In this document: positions 8,670-20,049 of the stretch, piece by piece
Numbering within the stretch: position 1 is the stretch's first letter
How the letters are laid out: each line of letters opens with the position of its first letter
Virus record (IMG/VR): IMGVR_UViG_3300032294_002517
Location: 1 to 47,107 of that record
Length of the DNA: 47,107 bases
Reading direction: 5' to 3' (one strand)
Source of the DNA: a virus
Taxonomy: Duplodnaviria > Caudoviricetes
Position numbers and translations under genes: made by a program
Notes under the pieces: model-generated
Databases searched by the model: none
The model's input: the letters and a program-made list of their open reading frames with translations, nothing else
Told to the model about the DNA's origin: nothing

Positions 8670-9776
8670 ATGACAAAACATCTTATAAGGCATTACGGAA
8701 AATACATTTATCGTCACGAGGATTACCAGGCAATATGCCAAGGCGATGATTGTGCATCCCAGATACTTAGTCTTTTCGAGTTCTGGACTATTTGTAGGAT
8801 AGAAGAAATCAAGCGAGTAGAAAGCTACAACGAGCAAAACAAAAGGAGTAAAGCGCATCTGTTGCAGACACCAGATTTATGGCTATACGAAACTATGGAA
8901 GATATAAGTGGTGGCATGATTAACGCTTACGGTGATTCTTCTATAAGAAAATCGCTCAAAAAGCTTATTGCATGGGGATTTATTGATTCCCGAAAATCGA
9001 AAAATGATTTTGACAGAACTAAGGAATACAAGTTTAATACTGAGTCAATTCAATCATCACTAGATCAGTGGTGGAACGCTCAAAGCATTGGAAATTCCGA
9101 TCCGGTAAAAACAACGTTCGAGCCGTTAGAAAAAACGTTGGAAACGGTAAAAACAACGTTCGAGCCGTTAAAAAAAACGCACGAGCCGTTGAATTTAACG
9201 TCTGATCTATATTCTCTAAACAGTCTTAATAAACAATCTCTTTTAACAGAGGACGAAGGGAGCGAAATTGAATTAAATCCAAATACCGAAGACCCCAACC
9301 CAGAATTAATCGCTCCGTTGGTAAATAAGCCAGAATCTTCGCAACCAACCGATAACTCAGCCCTGGGGGCAATAATTCCGCCGCCCCGCCCCGCGTCGAG
9401 TCACAACAAAGCGGATGAGCTTTTTACTAACCCACGCGAATTTAACAGCGCAAAAGGAACTTATAAAAGCGCAAGTTCAGATCCTTGGATGTCGTCTGCT
9501 CATAACCCCGATAAAGGCTTTTCTGAGTGGCTATTTTCCAAAAGATATAAAGATAAGCCTTCAGCTACATTAGCCGATGCTAAAGCCGAAATTAGGAACA
9601 GTTGGGAGCGTGCTAGTGACTTATGGGAGGAATACCAATTTGAACTACTTAAAAAACAGCAGCGAGTAGAAATCATTGATCCTGTACCAGATGAACCATA
9701 TAAGCCACAGCAGAAACCAGGGCGCATGACAGAAGAAGCCAGAAACGAATTTATCCAAAAACTTGCATCTAAGTAG
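8670..9776 (+). CDS. phage replication initiator
   Basis: N-terminal wHTH (SIRKSLKKLIAWGFI...DRTKEY), internal iterons, directly upstream of dnaB. Confidence 0.75.
   Translation: MTKHLIRHYGKYIYRHEDYQAICQGDDCASQILSLFEFWTICRIEEIKRVESYNEQNKRSKAHLLQTPDLWLYETMEDISGGMINAYGDSSIRKSLKKLIAWGFIDSRKSKNDFDRTKEYKFNTESIQSSLDQWWNAQSIGNSDPVKTTFEPLEKTLETVKTTFEPLKKTHEPLNLTSDLYSLNSLNKQSLLTEDEGSEIELNPNTEDPNPELIAPLVNKPESSQPTDNSALGAIIPPPRPASSHNKADELFTNPREFNSAKGTYKSASSDPWMSSAHNPDKGFSEWLFSKRYKDKPSATLADAKAEIRNSWERASDLWEEYQFELLKKQQRVEIIDPVPDEPYKPQQKPGRMTEEARNEFIQKLASK
9103..9201 (+). repeat. replication origin iterons, 21-bp period
   Basis: CGGTAAAAACAACGTTCGAGC at 9103 and 9145, with variants at 9124, 9166 and 9187, inside the initiator gene as in lambda O. 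Confidence 0.7.
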
Positions 9777-9784
9777 GGGAATTT

Positions 9785-11116
9785 ATGGCGACAACACAAT
9801 TGCAGCTACCACCTCAAAGCATCGAAGCAGAAGAAGCAATTTTAGGCGGTATCTTATTAGACCCTAATGCGTTAGGGATAGTGTCGGCAATTTTAGAGAA
9901 AGAGGCATTTTACCTCAACACTCACCAAACTATTTACCAAGCATTGCTTGACCTTCATTCACAAAACAAATTAGTTGACAACCGAGAAAATAAACTAATT
10001 TTACTTGCCGACCACTTAAGCAACCAAGAACAATTACAGGACGTGGGGGGGCGAAATAAACTAGCAACACTGGTTGACCGCACAGTTTCCGCAGTCAACA
10101 TTGACGCGATGGCTCGACTGGTAATGGAGAAATATACTAAGCGGCGATTAATTATGGCTGGTAATGCGATCGCTCACGCCGGGCAAGATTCTTGGACTGA
10201 CCCCGACGATGCAATCCAATTTGCAGAAACTCAAATATTTGAGATATCGCAAAAACAGCATGGCGATCGCTACCAGCTTGGTAGTGCTAAAGAAATGGCT
10301 ATTGAACTATTTGACTACCTTGAATCTGGCAAAATGCAAGGGGTGAAAATCGGCTGGTATGACTATGAAAACCTAACTGGCGGATTGCATAAAAGTAAGG
10401 TGAAGCTAATTGGTGGTGAGTCTTACATGGGGAAGTCTCATACAATGCTTGCCGAAGCTTATGGGCTGTTACTTCAGGGATTGCCGGTTCTTTATATCAG
10501 CCCAGAAATGGACAAAAAACAAGTAAATGCCCGAATGCTGGCGATGATTACGGGGATAGATTCAGCAGAATTGCTTGATAACTCCCATAAATATTTAGAT
10601 CAAATAGTTGATGGCATAGACAAACTTTCAGAACTTCCTTGGAAAGTCTACGATCACTCCTCTCCTACAGTTGGAACAATTGCATCAACCGTTAGGCGTG
10701 CGATAACTGAATTTGGTTGTCCGTTAGGCGCAGTTTATATTGATTATTTACAGCAAATACCACTTAGCGGGAAACAACTACTTTCCTATGAAATAGGGCA
10801 GGTAGTGAGAGGAATTAGAGACATTGCAAAATATCATGAAGTGCCGATTATTCTTGGTTCTCAATTGAACCGAGGCAACGCGAACTCTGAGAATAAGCGA
10901 CCTACTAAAGATATGCTCCGAAACTCAGGAGAAATTTACGAAATATGCGATCAAGTAGTGCTACTTTACCGCCCTGGATATTACTCAAAAGATCCATCCG
11001 ATCAAACTATTGAATTGATAGTTGAAAAGAACCGAGTCACGGGTAAATCAGGGACGGCAACCATGTTATGTGATCTCAGAACATCTAAGTTTATGAACTT
11101 GAAAAAGGGGTATTGA
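9785..11116 (+). CDS. dnaB: replicative DNA helicase
   Basis: LPPQSIEAEEAILGGILL, GESYMGKS Walker A, IDYLQ, SQLNR, LRNSGEI, KNR motifs. Confidence 0.95.
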   Translation: MATTQLQLPPQSIEAEEAILGGILLDPNALGIVSAILEKEAFYLNTHQTIYQALLDLHSQNKLVDNRENKLILLADHLSNQEQLQDVGGRNKLATLVDRTVSAVNIDAMARLVMEKYTKRRLIMAGNAIAHAGQDSWTDPDDAIQFAETQIFEISQKQHGDRYQLGSAKEMAIELFDYLESGKMQGVKIGWYDYENLTGGLHKSKVKLIGGESYMGKSHTMLAEAYGLLLQGLPVLYISPEMDKKQVNARMLAMITGIDSAELLDNSHKYLDQIVDGIDKLSELPWKVYDHSSPTVGTIASTVRRAITEFGCPLGAVYIDYLQQIPLSGKQLLSYEIGQVVRGIRDIAKYHEVPIILGSQLNRGNANSENKRPTKDMLRNSGEIYEICDQVVLLYRPGYYSKDPSDQTIELIVEKNRVTGKSGTATMLCDLRTSKFMNLKKGY

Positions 11117-11284
11117 TTGCCGTATGGAGCTATCAACCGATGAATTTTACCTTCAAAAAATGATTTCTGAAATACAAGAAATTTTGAAAATAATCAAGCC
11201 GGGAGAAGATGAGCAAAGATACAAAAACAGACTTGCAGATTATCAGAAACAACTTGAAATCATGACTTGTAGATATTCGGGAGG

Positions 11285-12046
11285 TTGAATTTTGGTATGA
11301 AAAACATAAAAAACTGGACAGATGAAGAGGATTCGTATCTTCTGAATTTTGGGAATCAACTTACTTGCAGGGAGCTACAGGAACGTCTTTGTGTTGGTCG
11401 TTCACAGTTAGATCATCGCTGTAAAATTCTTGGTGTTTCCCCAAAGAAACTAAAACATCATAAAATCCTCACAGAAGAGGAAAAGGAGGTTTGCTTACAA
11501 GGCTATCTTCACCAAGCAGCGGAAAAGTTGGGAGTCTCTATTCCAACTGCTAGACGACGTAGGAGGGAGCTTTTAAGAATAGATTGTCGTGGTTTTGATA
11601 CGAGAACGCCAGTGTCATTACCGCCATCTACACCAACAAGATCGCTGATAAATTTTGTTGGTTTCAGTAATGGCGAAAAACCCGTAGAACCACCCATAGA
11701 ATCAAGCATGGAATCAATAGCAGATCCAACATGGACACCCGAAGACGACAGGCTTTTAATTAAGCGAATTAGCAATAATTCCATTGATAAAGTCGCCGAA
11801 TTATTTGGGCAGACCGAAGAGCAAATTAAGGAAAGATTACGCCATGTTTTGAAAAAAGAAAAAGCCAAGATTGGTATTAACGAAATTTTGTTTCAATTCC
11901 AAGGAATGACCGCCGAACAAATTCATCAGATGGAACTTATTTATTCCTATAACCCTAAATCAGCTGTGAGATATTGTGAGGTGATCAGGGAATATGCAAA
12001 GAACAGAGCCGCATATTCACCAGCAAGAATTAAGAACGACAGATGA
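11285..12046 (+). CDS. Myb/SANT-like repeat DNA-binding protein
   Basis: WTDEED and WTPEDDRLL repeats; likely start ATG 11297. Confidence 0.6.
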   Translation: MNFGMKNIKNWTDEEDSYLLNFGNQLTCRELQERLCVGRSQLDHRCKILGVSPKKLKHHKILTEEEKEVCLQGYLHQAAEKLGVSIPTARRRRRELLRIDCRGFDTRTPVSLPPSTPTRSLINFVGFSNGEKPVEPPIESSMESIADPTWTPEDDRLLIKRISNNSIDKVAELFGQTEEQIKERLRHVLKKEKAKIGINEILFQFQGMTAEQIHQMELIYSYNPKSAVRYCEVIREYAKNRAAYSPARIKNDR

Positions 12047-12189
12047 ACCAATTAACTTTAGATTTCACGACAGTTGAAACACCAAAACCAATCATGAAAC
12101 GTCATGGTTTTGACAGATACGATAGTCCGCATTGGTTCGTAACTCATTTACCTAATTACATCAAATTAGAGGTTAAATTCAATGACTGA
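12043..12189 (+). pseudogene. N-terminal fragment of a probable DNA methyltransferase
   Basis: MNQLTLDF...FDRYDSPHWFVTHL then stop; resembles phage methylase N-termini. Confidence 0.35.
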
Positions 12190-13696
12190 CGACGATCTAA
12201 CACCCTGGAATCCCGCTTATTTTGGACACACAGATTTCCAAAAAGAATCCGATGGGCAACTAACCATTTTCTTTGAAGATGCCCACGAACCACCAGACCC
12301 CGACGATTTCGCCAGTATCGCAGACTACGAAATCGCCTGGACTGAACGGGAACAAACACAAACTTTACCACAAGAGGACACGATTATGAATTTTCAACTA
12401 ACAACACCATTTGACAGCGAAATCGAACAACTCAAAGCTAGATTGGCAGAACTAGAAACACAAAAACACCGCGTCTCTACCTGTGCAAATAGGATTGTTG
12501 AACAGGTTGGGGAATGCGTTATTGAGATGAAAGAAGCGGGGGTGAGTAATGGAATTTTGAGCAATTGGGCGTGTGTGATTTACAAAGAAATAACAGGTGA
12601 AGATGTCCCCGCGCTGAGTAACTCGGATGTTTTGAAAGGTGCAATCGCATGGGAAGAAAAGTATAAAGAAGCGCGTCAAAAAGTAGTGGAATCAGTGGCT
12701 TTGTGCAAATTCTTCGCACTTGAAAACCAAAAAATAAAAGAAGAACTCCAAAAACTGCAATCTGGCAATAGCAAGGACACAGAAGAACCGTTTAAAATTG
12801 ATTTGCTCAAAAAAGTTTCTGATTTAACTATTGAGCGTGATACAGCATTGGAAAGATTAGCGGAACTGGAAAAACTAAATGCCAGTAATGCGCGGGGGAT
12901 TGCACAACTTTCTGTAGCCAATCAGGAATTATGCGAGAAATTAGATAAGCTAAATAAACCTGAAGAATTAGAGGAAAGCTCCAGCCCCAGTCAAAACGAT
13001 ATTCCTGTGGGAGTGCGTGTAGAAGTGGCAGATCCAGCATACTCAAATTATCCACGCGGAATAGTGGCTGCTGTATCAGATGACGGCGTATCCGTGCATT
13101 TTCACAAGACAGATGAAACCGAGGAAGAAACAGTTATTTTCCCTGCATCTTCCCTTAATGTCATCCCCAAAGATCCCGGAGAGGAAGCCCAAGAAATAGT
13201 ATCAGAATTTCTCAGAAAACTTGACAGAATTAGCCGCGTTGACAAACTGGATTGGGTGAAAATTAAAGAACTACCCCTCAACATTGAAACCATGCGGGAA
13301 TTAGGATTGCAAGCAAAACCCAAGTCCAAAACGCATAGTTATTTGCTAGAACAAATGCCCGTAATATGTGCTAGTTATGTCAGTGAAACAGGCGATAGAT
13401 CAGACTTAGAATGGTTGCCCAAGCACTTTGTCGAAAGGGTGGAATATTTGCTCAAAATAGAGGCGTTGGGCAGTGCCAGCCATGAATCAACTGGTGAGGA
13501 AGAAGAATCAAAAAAGCCTCCTCGGTCTACGTCCCTTTCTGAAGCAAAGCCGACTATCCAGCGTGGTGATAGCGTCCGTCACTTGGTATATGGGGAGCGC
13601 ACAGTCTTAGATGTTAACGGCGAATGGATCAACGTCAAGGATCCAGACGGATTAACCGATATGTGGAATATTTCAGATGTTGAATTAGTTGCATAA
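12182..13696 (+). CDS. coiled-coil hypothetical protein with SH3/KOW-like segments
   Basis: 504-aa ORF; PVGVRVEV and QRGDSVRHLVYG segments. Confidence 0.7.
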   Translation: MTDDDLTPWNPAYFGHTDFQKESDGQLTIFFEDAHEPPDPDDFASIADYEIAWTEREQTQTLPQEDTIMNFQLTTPFDSEIEQLKARLAELETQKHRVSTCANRIVEQVGECVIEMKEAGVSNGILSNWACVIYKEITGEDVPALSNSDVLKGAIAWEEKYKEARQKVVESVALCKFFALENQKIKEELQKLQSGNSKDTEEPFKIDLLKKVSDLTIERDTALERLAELEKLNASNARGIAQLSVANQELCEKLDKLNKPEELEESSSPSQNDIPVGVRVEVADPAYSNYPRGIVAAVSDDGVSVHFHKTDETEEETVIFPASSLNVIPKDPGEEAQEIVSEFLRKLDRISRVDKLDWVKIKELPLNIETMRELGLQAKPKSKTHSYLLEQMPVICASYVSETGDRSDLEWLPKHFVERVEYLLKIEALGSASHESTGEEEESKKPPRSTSLSEAKPTIQRGDSVRHLVYGERTVLDVNGEWINVKDPDGLTDMWNISDVELVA

Positions 13697-13769
13697 ACAT
13701 TGTTATTGGCATATCAAATACTTTTAAGATATGCCAATAATTCACATTATTGAAAGCAGGGATAAAACA

Positions 13770-14675
13770 ATGAGAATAGGTTCAATTTGCTCAGGCGGTG
13801 GAATTGCTTTACACTGGTTAGGAACAAATATTTGGGGGATTGAATGCGATGAGGCGATCGCCAATGTCTACGCCAAGAATCACCCCAGCAGCAAAATAAT
13901 CACAGATTACGTCCAAAATGTTAGCCCGGAAGAATTAGAGGATGTAGATTGTATAATTGCCACGCCTAGCTGTAGAAATGCCAGTATTGCTAATTCAAAA
14001 GCAGGTGAAACGGCGGATGATTTGATTGTGGCGGAATCTATAGCTAACATCGTCAAAACAAAACTCCCAAAATTCTTTATCCTGGAGAATGTAGAAGGAT
14101 ATAGAAAATTTGAGAGCTTTGTAAATATCAGGGCGGAACTCATCAACCAAGATTATTATACCACTACTCAAATTCTAAATCTACAAGATTTTGGCATTGC
14201 TCAAAGTCGGAAAAGAATGTATTTGTTAGCAGCCAGAAATCAAGAGATTACCGATATCCAATTACCTCAAGTTGTACAAGCAGGATGGTATGAGGCGATC
14301 GCTGATTTAATACCTACACTCCCAGAAACATTCCTCTCAAAATATCAGGAAAAGTGCAAGGGCATGACTGATACCTGCTTAATTCGGCGCATTGGTGCTA
14401 ACACGGCGAATAATCGGGCTTATCAACCGCATGAACCGTCATTCACGATTCGTGCATTTGGGCGCAAAGCTGATAACCACTGGAATCAGGCAAATGTACT
14501 GATTGATGGCGTAGTTAAATCGGTTACGCCGCAAGCTTGCCTCAGATTCTTTGGTGACAAGCAAACCGCCGATAAAATCTGGCTACCCGAACGAAAAGCA
14601 CTAGCGATGGAGATAGTCGGGAATGGTGCATCGTGGGAAATTATGCAGATCCTCTTGAATCATATTTCGGTTTAG
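13770..14675 (+). CDS. DNA cytosine-5 methyltransferase
   Basis: SICSGGG motif I variant, TPSC motif IV, ILENV, QSRKR, VGNG motif X; upstream ATG 13731 also possible. Confidence 0.88.
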   Translation: MRIGSICSGGGIALHWLGTNIWGIECDEAIANVYAKNHPSSKIITDYVQNVSPEELEDVDCIIATPSCRNASIANSKAGETADDLIVAESIANIVKTKLPKFFILENVEGYRKFESFVNIRAELINQDYYTTTQILNLQDFGIAQSRKRMYLLAARNQEITDIQLPQVVQAGWYEAIADLIPTLPETFLSKYQEKCKGMTDTCLIRRIGANTANNRAYQPHEPSFTIRAFGRKADNHWNQANVLIDGVVKSVTPQACLRFFGDKQTADKIWLPERKALAMEIVGNGASWEIMQILLNHISV

Positions 14676-14744
14676 GCTATATTATTGGTATGCCTATAAC
14701 TGAATTGATATATTGAGCAAGCTTTACACCCCAATCACTCCATT

Positions 14745-14770
14745 GCCACCTCTGCGCGGGGTGGCTTTTT
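14745..14770 (+). terminator. intrinsic terminator ending the early region
   Basis: GCCACCTC/GGGGTGGC hairpin plus TTTTT. Confidence 0.7.
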
Positions 14771-14895
14771 ATTGGGAATAATAAAATAAAAGCAGTTAAA
14801 ATCCTTTGATTAATTAATAGTAATTTTATGCTAATTATGGTGTGACTACATAATCCGTGCGCTAATATACGCTACAGTTTGATATATTACAGTTT

Positions 14896-15501
14896 GTGAA
14901 AATGAAAAAAACAGGAAGGCCAAAAGGTAAAAGTCCGCGAACTTCTATTCAAATTGAAAATGATAGAGTTTTTATTGCAGAGAAATACCTGCAAGGATGG
15001 ACTCAACAGAAGATTGCTGATCACCTAGAGATACCTCAACAGTGCGTTTCAGATGAGTTAAAAACAATTAGAAAACGTTGGTTAGAATCTTCAATCAGGG
15101 ATTTTGATGAGGCTAAATCACGAGAATTGGCTAGGATAGACTTGCTTGAAAAGGAAGCATGGGAGGCATGGGAAAAGTCAAAACTTCCTAAAACGACCAA
15201 GACTCATAAGCGGGGACAAACACCCAAGGGCGATATAAACGAAATCACCGACAAGGTAGAAGAAAGGGAAGGTAACAAAGCTTTCTTGGATGTAATTGAT
15301 AGGTGTATTTTACGCCGCTGCACAATCCTTGGTATTGATGCTGAAATTAAATTCCAAGACATTAATTTAGCGATCGCAACCGCAGTTAGAGCCGGATTTA
15401 AAGTAGAAGCCCCCCGTGATGAAATTAACCAGGACAATGCTATTGCCGTCAACGGCGAAGCTGTTGACACCGACAGAGATAGCGACAAATCAGAGGAATA
15501 A
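14896..15501 (+). CDS. terminase small subunit
   Basis: HTH (YLQGWTQQKIADHLEI) immediately upstream of and overlapping terL. Confidence 0.75.
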   Translation: MKMKKTGRPKGKSPRTSIQIENDRVFIAEKYLQGWTQQKIADHLEIPQQCVSDELKTIRKRWLESSIRDFDEAKSRELARIDLLEKEAWEAWEKSKLPKTTKTHKRGQTPKGDINEITDKVEEREGNKAFLDVIDRCILRRCTILGIDAEIKFQDINLAIATAVRAGFKVEAPRDEINQDNAIAVNGEAVDTDRDSDKSEE

Positions 15502-16909
15502 ATACAACATCCCTGAATCCTACAAAGATTTTTTAACAGAATGTTGTCGCATCCGTTCGGGTAATAAATTTATCCCATTCCTGCCCTATGAGTATCAAGT
15601 GGTTATTTCCGATTTGATAGACAAGCATAGGGGCGTTATCGCATTTAAAACTAGACAGATGGGGGCTACCGAGTGCATAAGTGCTAAGTTTCTCCACAAA
15701 GCGTTATTAAATCCTGCTTATGCTGCGGCTGTGATGTCATTGGGGCAAAAAGAATCATCGAACGTAGCGACACGGATACAGGCGATGCCGTCAAATGTTC
15801 CTAATTTGGCGTTCCTGACTAAATCTAAAACTGAGATTCATTTTCAGGATGCGGGTAAGATTTGGTTTAGACCAGCGACGGATAACGCCACGCGATCGCT
15901 AGAATCAATTTCAGATTTACTATTTGATGAGGCCGCATTTCCCCAAAACTTTGAGGAAATTTATTCAGCGTCCGCACCGTCACAAGAGGCGGTAGGGGAT
16001 GAAGCGCGGACGATAATTGCATCTACCATGTCAGAACTTGGTAAACTCTCAAGATTTTGGCAGATATTTGACGACGCGAACCCAGTAGACGCAGATGAAA
16101 TGGTGAACCGCGTCAAGGAAGGGAAGGAAGAACCGTGTACTCACTGGGTAGATGCAAACGGATGGGCTAAAGTAATCTTGCACTGGAGAGCGCATCCAGT
16201 TTATGTATCAATACCCGATTACCTGCAACGGACCAAGGACAAACACAAGCTAACCGACTCAAAGTTACAACGGGAATACAATCTGGGTATTCCTGCTTTT
16301 GGCGGGTCCCTATTTAATCCTGAAGCGATATCAGCTTGTGCAGTTGGTAGTTGGGAGTTGCCAAAACCCGGACGGCATTATTTGTCCATGCTTGACCCTA
16401 ACTTTGGCGGTAGTGATTTCTGGGAGTATCTGATTTTGGATATTACGGAATTGCCTTATACCATCGTCGCGGAGTACAGGGAACAGAACCGACAATCAAC
16501 ATTTTGTGTAGAGAAAACTTTAGAATTATCTGATATTTATAAACCGCTGATGATGGTAATTGAGCATAATAGCGGCGGTGCCGTAATTGCTGAAAAGATT
16601 ATCAAAACCAGACCGGAATTAAGAGTGGAAACTGTGAATACGTCCCGTGTCTCCAAAGTCCAAAATACTGACCGCATGGCGTTGATGATTGAACGGGGTG
16701 AGATTAATTATCCCCTTGACTGGGCTGGTATTGGGGAAATGAAAAACTTTGGATTGCAAGACAGACGCGCAATTTCTGGGCATGACGACGCTGTTATGTG
16801 CCTTGCTATTGGGTTGGCTAAATTAGATGAGGCACTAAAACTCAGGGGCAACGAAATGGTGGGAGAATTGGGGACTGTAATACAGCCTCAGAAACGGCGG
16901 TTTAGGTGA
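15416..16909 (+). CDS. terL: terminase large subunit
   Basis: YEYQ, KTRQMGAT Walker A, LLFDEAAF Walker B, LDPN, HDDAVM nuclease motifs. Confidence 0.93.
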   Translation: MMKLTRTMLLPSTAKLLTPTEIATNQRNKYNIPESYKDFLTECCRIRSGNKFIPFLPYEYQVVISDLIDKHRGVIAFKTRQMGATECISAKFLHKALLNPAYAAAVMSLGQKESSNVATRIQAMPSNVPNLAFLTKSKTEIHFQDAGKIWFRPATDNATRSLESISDLLFDEAAFPQNFEEIYSASAPSQEAVGDEARTIIASTMSELGKLSRFWQIFDDANPVDADEMVNRVKEGKEEPCTHWVDANGWAKVILHWRAHPVYVSIPDYLQRTKDKHKLTDSKLQREYNLGIPAFGGSLFNPEAISACAVGSWELPKPGRHYLSMLDPNFGGSDFWEYLILDITELPYTIVAEYREQNRQSTFCVEKTLELSDIYKPLMMVIEHNSGGAVIAEKIIKTRPELRVETVNTSRVSKVQNTDRMALMIERGEINYPLDWAGIGEMKNFGLQDRRAISGHDDAVMCLAIGLAKLDEALKLRGNEMVGELGTVIQPQKRRFR

Positions 16910-17194
16910 CGTTAGTGATCGCTCACAAAGAACGACCGCCAAAATACTAAATTACGTCAACTACGGACGGATACCACTGCAAAGATTGAACAGTTTTATT
17001 GTGACCTTTTGCCGTATCCAATACCAATCGAGAATATTCCTCACCCTGATCCGTTGGTAGCCAGCATGGGTTACCAGATGGGTTTTTGATTTGCAGCCCT
17101 TCATCCATCAGCAGCGTGTTCATTTTCCGCGCTGATTATAACGTCGAAACATCAATAACATAGCGTATAATTACGATAAATACGTATATGGAAT

Positions 17195-18421
17195 ATGCCC
17201 GACTACAGAAATATAATTAATAGAATTTGGCAGTTTTTCCGAGGTAGTCCGTCCCGACAACCATTAGAAGGATACCGCCAATCAATTACCTACCCTGGAG
17301 CTTATCTACGGCATAACTTTGATTTACCGGAAACACCAATTCGACCAACTTACGGCGACTTAAACCTAAGTTACGAACTACTAGAAATGTACCATTGGTG
17401 TTATGAATATCGCCACGCCATTGATGCAATAGCCGCAGATTGTTTTCAGCAGGTTGATGGTGAGGTTGGTAGCTGGTACGTGCCAGATGAGTTGTCAGAC
17501 GGCACAAAAATCAGCCCAGAAATATCATTAATTGCTAAAGAATTAGCCACTGAAAGAAACGGTAAAAACTTAATTTTAGGTGGTGATTTTTTAGTGAGAG
17601 CCGCTATAGAATCACTCGCTTTTGGCGATAGTTTTGTAGAGTTGGGAATTGATAAAGTTGATAATAAATGGGATATTGTTAGTAGCCAATATTTACCTAC
17701 ATTCTCAATGTTTGTAGATCAGGATCAACACAGTGGGACTAATGCCTATATTCAACGGACAAAGTTAGCGCCATCCAATAATGATCTTGAGTTTGCACCA
17801 TTAAAAATACTGCATTTTAAATACAAATCACGCGGTTTATACGGCAACGCATTGGGGTTTCCATCAACTGAACCCTGGCGTAAATTCAAAGATGCTTCTA
17901 TTGCCCTGGAGACAGCGGCTAGAGACGTGGGAATTGTTCCTTGGCTACATATTATGGGTGAGGGGAAAACTGAGAATGATAGAGATTTGTACCGTCAACG
18001 TCATGAATCAATGTTGTCGTCTGGAGTTATCAGCAACTTATACTTGATGCACGGCGCAGACGTTCGCAAAGCTGCTAACGAATCAGGGAACGCACTAAAA
18101 CCGCTTATGGATTATTGGCTACAATTGCGGTTTCAATGTATCCCACCTAGAACGCCTGTATGGATGTTTCCGGGGTTATCAAATACCGGCAGCGGGGCTA
18201 AAGATTTGAACGGACAACCAGCTTTGACCTACGCCAGATTTGTTGCGGAAATTAGGTCAATGATTGGTGAGCAGGTTAGGTGGGCTATTTGTTTAAAGTA
18301 TGTCTTGCGGCTTGGTAAATGGGATAATCCACAGTTTGATGTTAAATGGCCTCATTGGGTTTTAACGCCATTATCAAATTACGCCCAAGAAATAAAGGGA
18401 GATAATCAAGATGGTAGATAA
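17195..18421 (+). CDS. portal protein
   Basis: position after terL, size, AFGDSFVE and KILHFKY...LYG portal-like motifs. Confidence 0.8.
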   Translation: MPDYRNIINRIWQFFRGSPSRQPLEGYRQSITYPGAYLRHNFDLPETPIRPTYGDLNLSYELLEMYHWCYEYRHAIDAIAADCFQQVDGEVGSWYVPDELSDGTKISPEISLIAKELATERNGKNLILGGDFLVRAAIESLAFGDSFVELGIDKVDNKWDIVSSQYLPTFSMFVDQDQHSGTNAYIQRTKLAPSNNDLEFAPLKILHFKYKSRGLYGNALGFPSTEPWRKFKDASIALETAARDVGIVPWLHIMGEGKTENDRDLYRQRHESMLSSGVISNLYLMHGADVRKAANESGNALKPLMDYWLQLRFQCIPPRTPVWMFPGLSNTGSGAKDLNGQPALTYARFVAEIRSMIGEQVRWAICLKYVLRLGKWDNPQFDVKWPHWVLTPLSNYAQEIKGDNQDGR

Positions 18422-18587
18422 ATTCATCCCCGCACCAAATCAACCGCCGTTAATCTCAATTTACACACTGCTGAATAAAGCTCAAATTACCCAAGAATCT
18501 ATTGATGAAAGTGTTGAAGATTGGGACGAAAATAATCCTGATTACGACGGATTACTAACAGCAGAAACTAAAAGCGAGGACAAATGA
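18411..18587 (+). CDS. 58-aa acidic hypothetical protein (not in ORF track)
   Basis: ATG 18411 to TGA 18587 after a GGGAG RBS; overlaps both neighbours. Confidence 0.6.
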   Translation: MVDKFIPAPNQPPLISIYTLLNKAQITQESIDESVEDWDENNPDYDGLLTAETKSEDK

Positions 18588-20041
18588 CGTTCACTTTTGA
18601 TCCGCGTTCCCAAAGATTCAGGTACACATCGGGCATCTATGCGGGTCAATTTGTCTCACGCAAAGATGTGGCGGAAGTAATTGAGAATAACATCACTCGA
18701 ATTAAGGGTGATTTAGGAACAATTACAAACTTATTGCTTGAGAATAAAATCACCGTTGCAACTTGGGAAGATGCAGTTTCATCTACTATTAAAAAAGGTG
18801 TTGTTCAGTCTTACCTCGCTGGTAAAGGTGGCACGTATCAACTAAAGCCCAAGGATAAAGGTATTTTAGGTCAGGCACTTGGCAACGAATACGGCTACTT
18901 ACGCCAATTCTCACAATCTATTTTGGATGGCGAATTATCAGCAGCACAAATAGCAGATAGAGCCAACAAATACGCCGATTCATTCCATAAATATTATGAA
19001 CGTGGCAGGAGTGAAGGGCATAAGGACAATGGCTATAAATGGGAATTATGGGTAACATCTGGAGGTGGAAATATATGCCCTGACTGCATTGGCTATGCGA
19101 CGCAAAGATGGCAGCGGATTGGCAGTTTACCCGGCATTGGTACAGCGTCAAGTTGTCGGATGCGGTGTAGATGTCACAAGGAATATTCCACCGAGCTAAA
19201 CAAGCCTCAAGATAGTTTATTATTGAATAAATACGGATGGTTAAACATGAAAACTACAGAACAAAGATTAGATGAAATCTCTCAAAAGGTGGAGGAAATT
19301 AGCAGTATTTTGATAGGTGATAAATTATCAACTGCCGATTTGGTGATGTCATCTGGTAAACGGACTTTGTACATGGGTGAACCCACACCGGAAGATTTAC
19401 AAAAGATTAAAATATTGACAGGTGATGATAGCTGGGAAGGCTCAGAATGGTTTGTAGTTCCACTTCGCGCTTCTGATAATTTACTCAGTAGAAGTCTGAG
19501 AGTATGGCATGAAAATATTCTCAATCAAATGCCTAAGCAGTTGATTGGTAGAAGTTTATTAGAAGATCATTCTTGGGATGAGGTAGATGATTCAATTGGT
19601 GTTATTTTTGATAGCTTTGTTACTAATGATGTTGTCTCTGATGACGTAATTAATAGCGGTAATCGTGGTAAATTTAATCAACAAATAATTAACCAATCTG
19701 GGTGCAAAGCCGTCTACTGTTTAGCTGCTATTCATGCCTCTAAACCAGAAGAAATCATGGCAGTTAAAACCATGAGATTTGACAAGTGTTCCACTGGCGG
19801 AATGTTGTCAGATATTGACGTGATTTGCCCAAATTGCTCCGCCGAATATGGCAGGGAAGTTAGCTTTTTTGAAACTGATGATAGAGGCAATTATGTCTGC
19901 CCCCATGAGATGCCCGGCGGTTACTATTATGAAGAAGACAGCCTGATTGCTGATTATGCAATTTGGGACGGTATATTTGATGGTGTGGAGTTGTCGCTGT
20001 GCGTCGTCGGGAATTTACCGGGCGCGGGCGTGGTTAGATAG
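18584..20041 (+). CDS. head morphogenesis (MuF-like) domain fused to prohead protease
   Basis: CPDC...CRMRCRC motif, then LEDHSW, CSTG and VELSLCVVG protease-like motifs. Confidence 0.75.
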   Translation: MTFTFDPRSQRFRYTSGIYAGQFVSRKDVAEVIENNITRIKGDLGTITNLLLENKITVATWEDAVSSTIKKGVVQSYLAGKGGTYQLKPKDKGILGQALGNEYGYLRQFSQSILDGELSAAQIADRANKYADSFHKYYERGRSEGHKDNGYKWELWVTSGGGNICPDCIGYATQRWQRIGSLPGIGTASSCRMRCRCHKEYSTELNKPQDSLLLNKYGWLNMKTTEQRLDEISQKVEEISSILIGDKLSTADLVMSSGKRTLYMGEPTPEDLQKIKILTGDDSWEGSEWFVVPLRASDNLLSRSLRVWHENILNQMPKQLIGRSLLEDHSWDEVDDSIGVIFDSFVTNDVVSDDVINSGNRGKFNQQIINQSGCKAVYCLAAIHASKPEEIMAVKTMRFDKCSTGGMLSDIDVICPNCSAEYGREVSFFETDDRGNYVCPHEMPGGYYYEEDSLIADYAIWDGIFDGVELSLCVVGNLPGAGVVR

Positions 20042-20049
20042 GAGATATT